DNA of 64,000 bases from Centroscyllium fabricii (lineage: Eukaryota): NCBI GenBank assembly GCA_051313645.2, contig JBNRSN020000018.1, positions 18,538,001 through 18,602,000 of the forward strand. The letters run 5' to 3'. A program made the translations under genes and the position numbers. The notes under the pieces are model-generated. The model did not search any database and was not told the origin of the DNA. It saw only the letters and a program-made list of their open reading frames with translations. Positions 62,483-64,000 of this stretch are shown here, piece by piece; the first letter of the stretch is position 1; every line of letters starts with the position of its first letter.

Positions 62483-62508
62483 TTATTTTATCAACATTGT
62501 TGCTCAGT

Positions 62509-63005
62509 TAGGAACACGGGAGCAAGAGTCAGCCATTCAGCCCCTTGAGCCTGTCCTGCTACTCAGTTAGATCATGGCTGATCGGTACCTCAAGTCCATT
62601 TACCCGCATTTGTTCCACATCCCTTAATACTCTACCTAACAAAACTCCATCAATCTCAGTCTTGAAAATTTCAATTGACCCGCAGCATCCGCAGCCTTTT
62701 GGAGGGGCGAGTTCCCGATTTCTTTGTGTGAAAACGAGCTTCCTAATTTGACTCCTAAATGGCCGAGCTCTAATTTTAAGTTTATGCCTTCTTGTTCTGG
62801 TTTTCCCCACCCGAGGAGATAGTTTCCCCGGATAAGCTCAATCCCTTAATCAAGGCACCTCGATTCGATCAGCCCTCAACCTTCTAAAGTCAAGGGAACA
62901 CAAGTCAAATTTGTGTAACTTGCCCTCATAATTTAACACAATAATGGGATCATTCTGGTGCCTCTGCCCTGCAGCCCCTCCAAGGCCAATATATCTTCCC
63001 TGAGG
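62509..63005 (-). mobile_element. Degraded CR1 3' fragment
   Basis: Remnant HKLKIRARPFRSQIRK and SLDFRRLRADRIEV motifs plus tail. Confidence 0.65.
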
Positions 63006-63039
63006 GATAGCAAAATCCTGTGGATGCTTGATATCCAAA

Positions 63040-63140
63040 ATAACAACAGAAAATGCTGGAAAAACTCAGCAGGCCAGGCAACATCTGTTGAGAGAGAAAT
63101 AGAGTCAACGTTTCACGTCGAAACCCTTCGTCAGGACTGA
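63040..63140 (-). mobile_element. Penelope-like terminal repeat (family B) with hammerhead motif
   Basis: Minus strand AGTC-CTGACGA-AGGGTTTCGACGT-GAAA-CG-TT-GACT (63138-63103). Confidence 0.6.
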
Positions 63141-63225
63141 AAAAACACAGGAAATGAAACAGATTAACAGGCCAGTTTGGGGGTAGGGAAATGGCGATGA
63201 AAGAACAAAAGAGAAGTGTCATCGA

Positions 63226-64000
63226 GTCATAGAATCATAGAGTTATACAGCACAGAAAGAGGCCCTTCGGCCCATCGCGTCCGTGCCGGCCATCAATCCC
63301 ATTTTCCTGCATTTGGTCCATAGCCTTGTATGCGATGGCATTTCAAATGATCATCTGAATGCTTCTTAGGGCGGCACGGTGGCATAGTGGTTAGTACTGT
63401 TGCCTTACAGCACTGGAGACCCGGGTTCAAATCCAGCCTCGGGTGCTATCTGTGTGGAGTTTGCACATTCTCCCCGTGTCTGCGTGGGTTTCCTCCGGGT
63501 GCTCCGGATTCCTCCCACAGTCCAAAGATGTGCGGTTTAGGTTGATTGGCCAGGATAAATTGACCCTTCGTGTTAGGGGGATTAAATATGTGGGGTTACG
63601 GGGATAGGGTGGGATATGTGTCGGTACAGGCTCGATAGGGATCGAGGGATATGGGGAGAAGGCAGGGACAGGATGATCAGCCATGATCTCATTGAATGGC
63701 GGAGCAGGCTCGAAGGGCCGAATGGCCTACTCCTGCTCCTATCTTCTATGTTTCTATGTTTCTTGAATGTTGTGAGGGTTCCTGCCTCTACCACCCTTTC
63801 AGTCAGTGAGTTCCAGATTCCAACCACCCTCTGGGTGAAAAAGCTCTCCCTCAAAATCCCCTCTAAACCTCCCGCCCCTTACCTTGAAACTATGCCTCCT
63901 TGTTATTGACCCCTCTACTAAGGGAAAAAGTTCCTTTCTATCTACCCTATCTATGCCCCTCATAATTTTGTACACCTCAATCAGGTCCCCCCTCAGCCTT
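63226..64000 (-). mobile_element. CR1 3' fragment running off the window, interrupted by a SINE
   Basis: ESFFTQRVVGIWNSLTERVVEAG on the minus strand; tail at 63226-63367. Confidence 0.75.
63369..63761 (+). mobile_element. Full-length HE1-like SINE (tail type B)
   Basis: GGGCGGCACGGTGGCATAGTGG head through TTCTATG tail. Confidence 0.85.

Overview
Eukaryotic (vertebrate) genomic DNA, very probably from a cartilaginous fish, inferred from HE1-type tRNA/V-SINEs with CR1/HER1-type tails. It contains one complete host gene, GATA3, on the + strand. The five coding exons are 24940-25174, 26477-27016, 32633/32636-32778, 36816-36941 and 49298-49597, giving 448 aa (447 aa with the alternative NAGNAG acceptor). 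There is a CCAAT/GC-rich proximal promoter with a non-coding exon near 24.1-24.35 kb, a candidate distal promoter/exon near 12.9-13.3 kb, and a ~1.4 kb 3'UTR. The rest is regulatory-looking non-coding DNA plus transposon remnants: CR1 and Rex1/Babar LINE fragments, tRNA- and 5S-derived SINEs, Tigger/pogo-like and other MITEs, and a solo LTR. The most notable observations are: (1) about 15 short, mostly palindromic Penelope-like insertions with 10-13 bp target duplications carrying a minimal hammerhead-ribozyme motif, several inside the GATA3 transcription unit; (2) a TATCTG-N8-AGATAA composite seen twice, once in the intron positionally equivalent to the GATA2 +9.5 enhancer; (3) a MITE family carrying a 32-bp GC-rich minisatellite with about 4, 10 and 28 units, the largest copy 35 bp from the last exon; (4) a 5S-rRNA-derived SINE with a non-5S leader. 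Family names and comparisons with mammalian sequences come from recall, not from database searches.
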